Source: Ignavibacteriota bacterium
GTDB taxonomy: Bacteria; Bacteroidota; Ignavibacteria; Palsa-1295
DNA: 64,000 nucleotides
Direction: 5' to 3'
NCBI GenBank assembly: GCA_963787835.1
Contig: CAWBEI010000002.1
Coordinates: 256,001-320,000, forward strand
A program made the translations under genes and the position numbers. Below, one piece after another: positions 62,392 to 64,000 of the stretch. The notes beneath the pieces are model-generated. The model did no database searches and had not been told where the DNA came from. It saw only the letters and a list, made by a program, of their open reading frames with translations. Each line of letters starts with the position of its first letter. Position 1 is the stretch's first letter.

Positions 62392-62419
62392 AATTATGAA
62401 TTATGAATTATGAAGTACG
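62392..62419. repeat. Heptamer tandem repeat AATTATG x3 plus one degenerate unit
   Basis: AATTATG AATTATG AATTATG AAGTACG in the divergent intergenic region. Confidence 0.75.
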
Positions 62420-62502
62420 AAAGTCCTGCACATATTCATTGACACTCTGCATAATCACTAGGTGGGGAACATAACCACCCTCTCCGAACCTCTCACGCGC
62501 TC

Positions 62503-63144
62503 ATGCACGCAATTACAGATTTTTTTCATACCCTCAGCAGCCCCGATGGCTTGCAGCATTTGGTCAGCAGCGGCGGAATGATCGCGCTCGCAATCATTAT
62601 TTTCGCTGAGAACGGTTTACTCGTTGGATTTTTCCTCCCCGGAGATTCACTTCTCATCACAGCCGGAATTCTCATTGGCGGACATAAAGTGGATATTGAT
62701 TTCACCACTCTGGCGATTGTATTATGGATCGCGGCGATCGTTGGCGAAAGCGTAGGGTATTATTTAGGGAGATTAGCAGGCGAAACGTTGTACAAGCGGC
62801 CCGATTCTCGGTTTTTCAAGCGCGAACATCTCGCGCGAACACATGCCTTTTATGAAAAACACGGAGGAAAAACAATTGTGCTGGCGCGCTTTATCCCGAT
62901 CATCCGAACCTTCGTTCCCGTCGTAGCTGGCGCTGCGAGAATGGACCTGAAAAAATTCACGATCTACAATATTGCAGGAGGGTTGATCTGGACATTCGGT
63001 GTTCTGTTGCTTGGTCTTGTCCTTGGAAAGTCCGTGGCGAACATCGGGGATTATCTTTATTTGATAATCGGAATTGTGATAGTTCTTTCCATGCTGCCAC
63101 CTGGCATCGAATATTTCAAGAGCCGAAGACGACACAAAGGGTAG
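62503..63144 (+). CDS. dedA: DedA-family membrane protein
   Basis: FAENGLLVGFFLPGDSLL, FYEKHGGKTIVLARFIPIIRTF. Confidence 0.93.
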   Translation: MHAITDFFHTLSSPDGLQHLVSSGGMIALAIIIFAENGLLVGFFLPGDSLLITAGILIGGHKVDIDFTTLAIVLWIAAIVGESVGYYLGRLAGETLYKRPDSRFFKREHLARTHAFYEKHGGKTIVLARFIPIIRTFVPVVAGAARMDLKKFTIYNIAGGLIWTFGVLLLGLVLGKSVANIGDYLYLIIGIVIVLSMLPPGIEYFKSRRRHKG

Positions 63145-63219
63145 GGACGTGCTGCGCACGTCCTCTTCCCTTGTCGGAATTTATTCTAACACAAAAGGAC
63201 GTGCGCAGCAAGTCCCTAC
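63141..63219. repeat. GTAG-type REP inverted pair; its GTAG supplies the dedA stop codon
   Basis: GTAGGGACGTGCTGCGCACGTCC ... GGACGTGCGCAGCAAGTCCCTAC. Confidence 0.85.
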
Positions 63220-63226
63220 GGTTTAG

Positions 63227-64000
63227 TTACTGAACAGCCGCGACCTTCTGCGTGGTCTTTACGCCGTTGGACTCCACGGTAACATAATAGGTGCCAGCCC
63301 CCGGCAAATGCGTGCCTAGCGTGACAGTGTGATCTCCGGGACCCTCCGTATCATTTGCGATCTCCTGAACGGTATTTCCCGAACCATCGGTGACCACGAT
63401 CTTCACCGGGCCAGACTGCGTGGTGTGATACGAAATAGTGGCCGGTGCGCCTCCAAGATGCACGGGATTGGGATACACCGGATCCAAGAGCGAACCGGTT
63501 GTCGTCGATGGCGTTGCAAATTTATATTTTGCAATAATGTCGATAATGGTTCTGTGGTCGGTGAGTAATTGATCGAAATTCGGCCGGGAGCTTTTTTCAA
63601 GCTGGTATAACGCTGCTGAATCATGCGCTATCCGAGCGGTTTTGTATTGCGGACGAAGCCCTTTAAGCGTTTGTATATTGCTCTTTGCATCGGCAACGGC
63701 GGATTCGATCGCTTGCTTGTCCGCGCTCGTCATTGGTGCTTCGATGCCTGCTCGATAATTTTCATCGTTGAGAAATTTCATCGCCTTGGCAATGCGGGGA
63801 TGCTTTGCAAGGAAGGGAGCGGCCTCGAAATCCATCGAGGACCAATCCTCCCCATTAACAGCGCCTCGAACCGACGCCGAGCCATGTACAGGAGTGGTTC
63901 CAGAAGAACTTGGTTGCACCCAGGGATTCTGAGTGGAAGATGAACCGGTTTGCGCTTGAGTATTGCCCGATACGAAAAGAAGAATGGTGAAGATGGAAGC
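63227..64000 (-). CDS. Small T9SS-secreted protein, helical domain plus type A CTD (5' end runs off the window)
   Basis: Frame open to 64000 (...ASIFTILLFVSGNTQA-QTG signal peptide end); VYPNP...AGTYYV...TQKV. Confidence 0.8.
   Translation of the reverse strand, partial: ASIFTILLFVSGNTQAQTGSSSTQNPWVQPSSSGTTPVHGSASVRGAVNGEDWSSMDFEAAPFLAKHPRIAKAMKFLNDENYRAGIEAPMTSADKQAIESAVADAKSNIQTLKGLRPQYKTARIAHDSAALYQLEKSSRPNFDQLLTDHRTIIDIIAKYKFATPSTTTGSLLDPVYPNPVHLGGAPATISYHTTQSGPVKIVVTDGSGNTVQEIANDTEGPGDHTVTLGTHLPGAGTYYVTVESNGVKTTQKVAAVQ

Overview
Chromosomal window of a Gram-negative FCB-group bacterium. T9SS C-terminal domains, a PorV-family gene, GWxTD and Gln-start mature proteins suggest a Kapabacteria/Ignavibacteria-like organism; the taxonomy is inference. 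The left ~19 kb is a co-directional (minus strand) array of at least 7 Sec-signal-peptide, Thr/Gly/Ser/Ala/Asn-rich proteins built from phage-tail-fibre-like modules (NTWTxxQ, LPVANGGTG, GTVTS, TYPNPT, VTYxxxQ..LLGNPT). Five share a conserved N-terminal module, stalks are shuffled, and there are 3 types of C-terminal head. The array also holds a small putative lipoprotein consisting of a head domain alone. An eighth fibre gene, with a fourth head type, lies at 26.3-27.5 kb. None shows a T9SS CTD, autotransporter barrel or S74 chaperone, and no phage genes are present. This candidate domesticated-fibre surface system is the main finding. The rest of the window holds a multi-PAS hybrid kinase, hflX, SDRs, a four-helix-bundle gene with 9-mer repeats, a DprE2/DprE1-like pair, an ECF sigma with a dual-membrane-type anti-sigma, LPS genes, a TonB receptor-large secreted protein-PorV triad, yihA, PBP1A, lpxH, a Tat-exported DUF1800/DUF1501 pair, dedA and three REP-like elements. 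Eight apparent single-base frameshifts (including in hflX and PBP1A) suggest uncorrected long-read errors. No tRNA, rRNA, CRISPR, transposase or reverse transcriptase was seen. All family calls are from visual motif recognition, not database searches.
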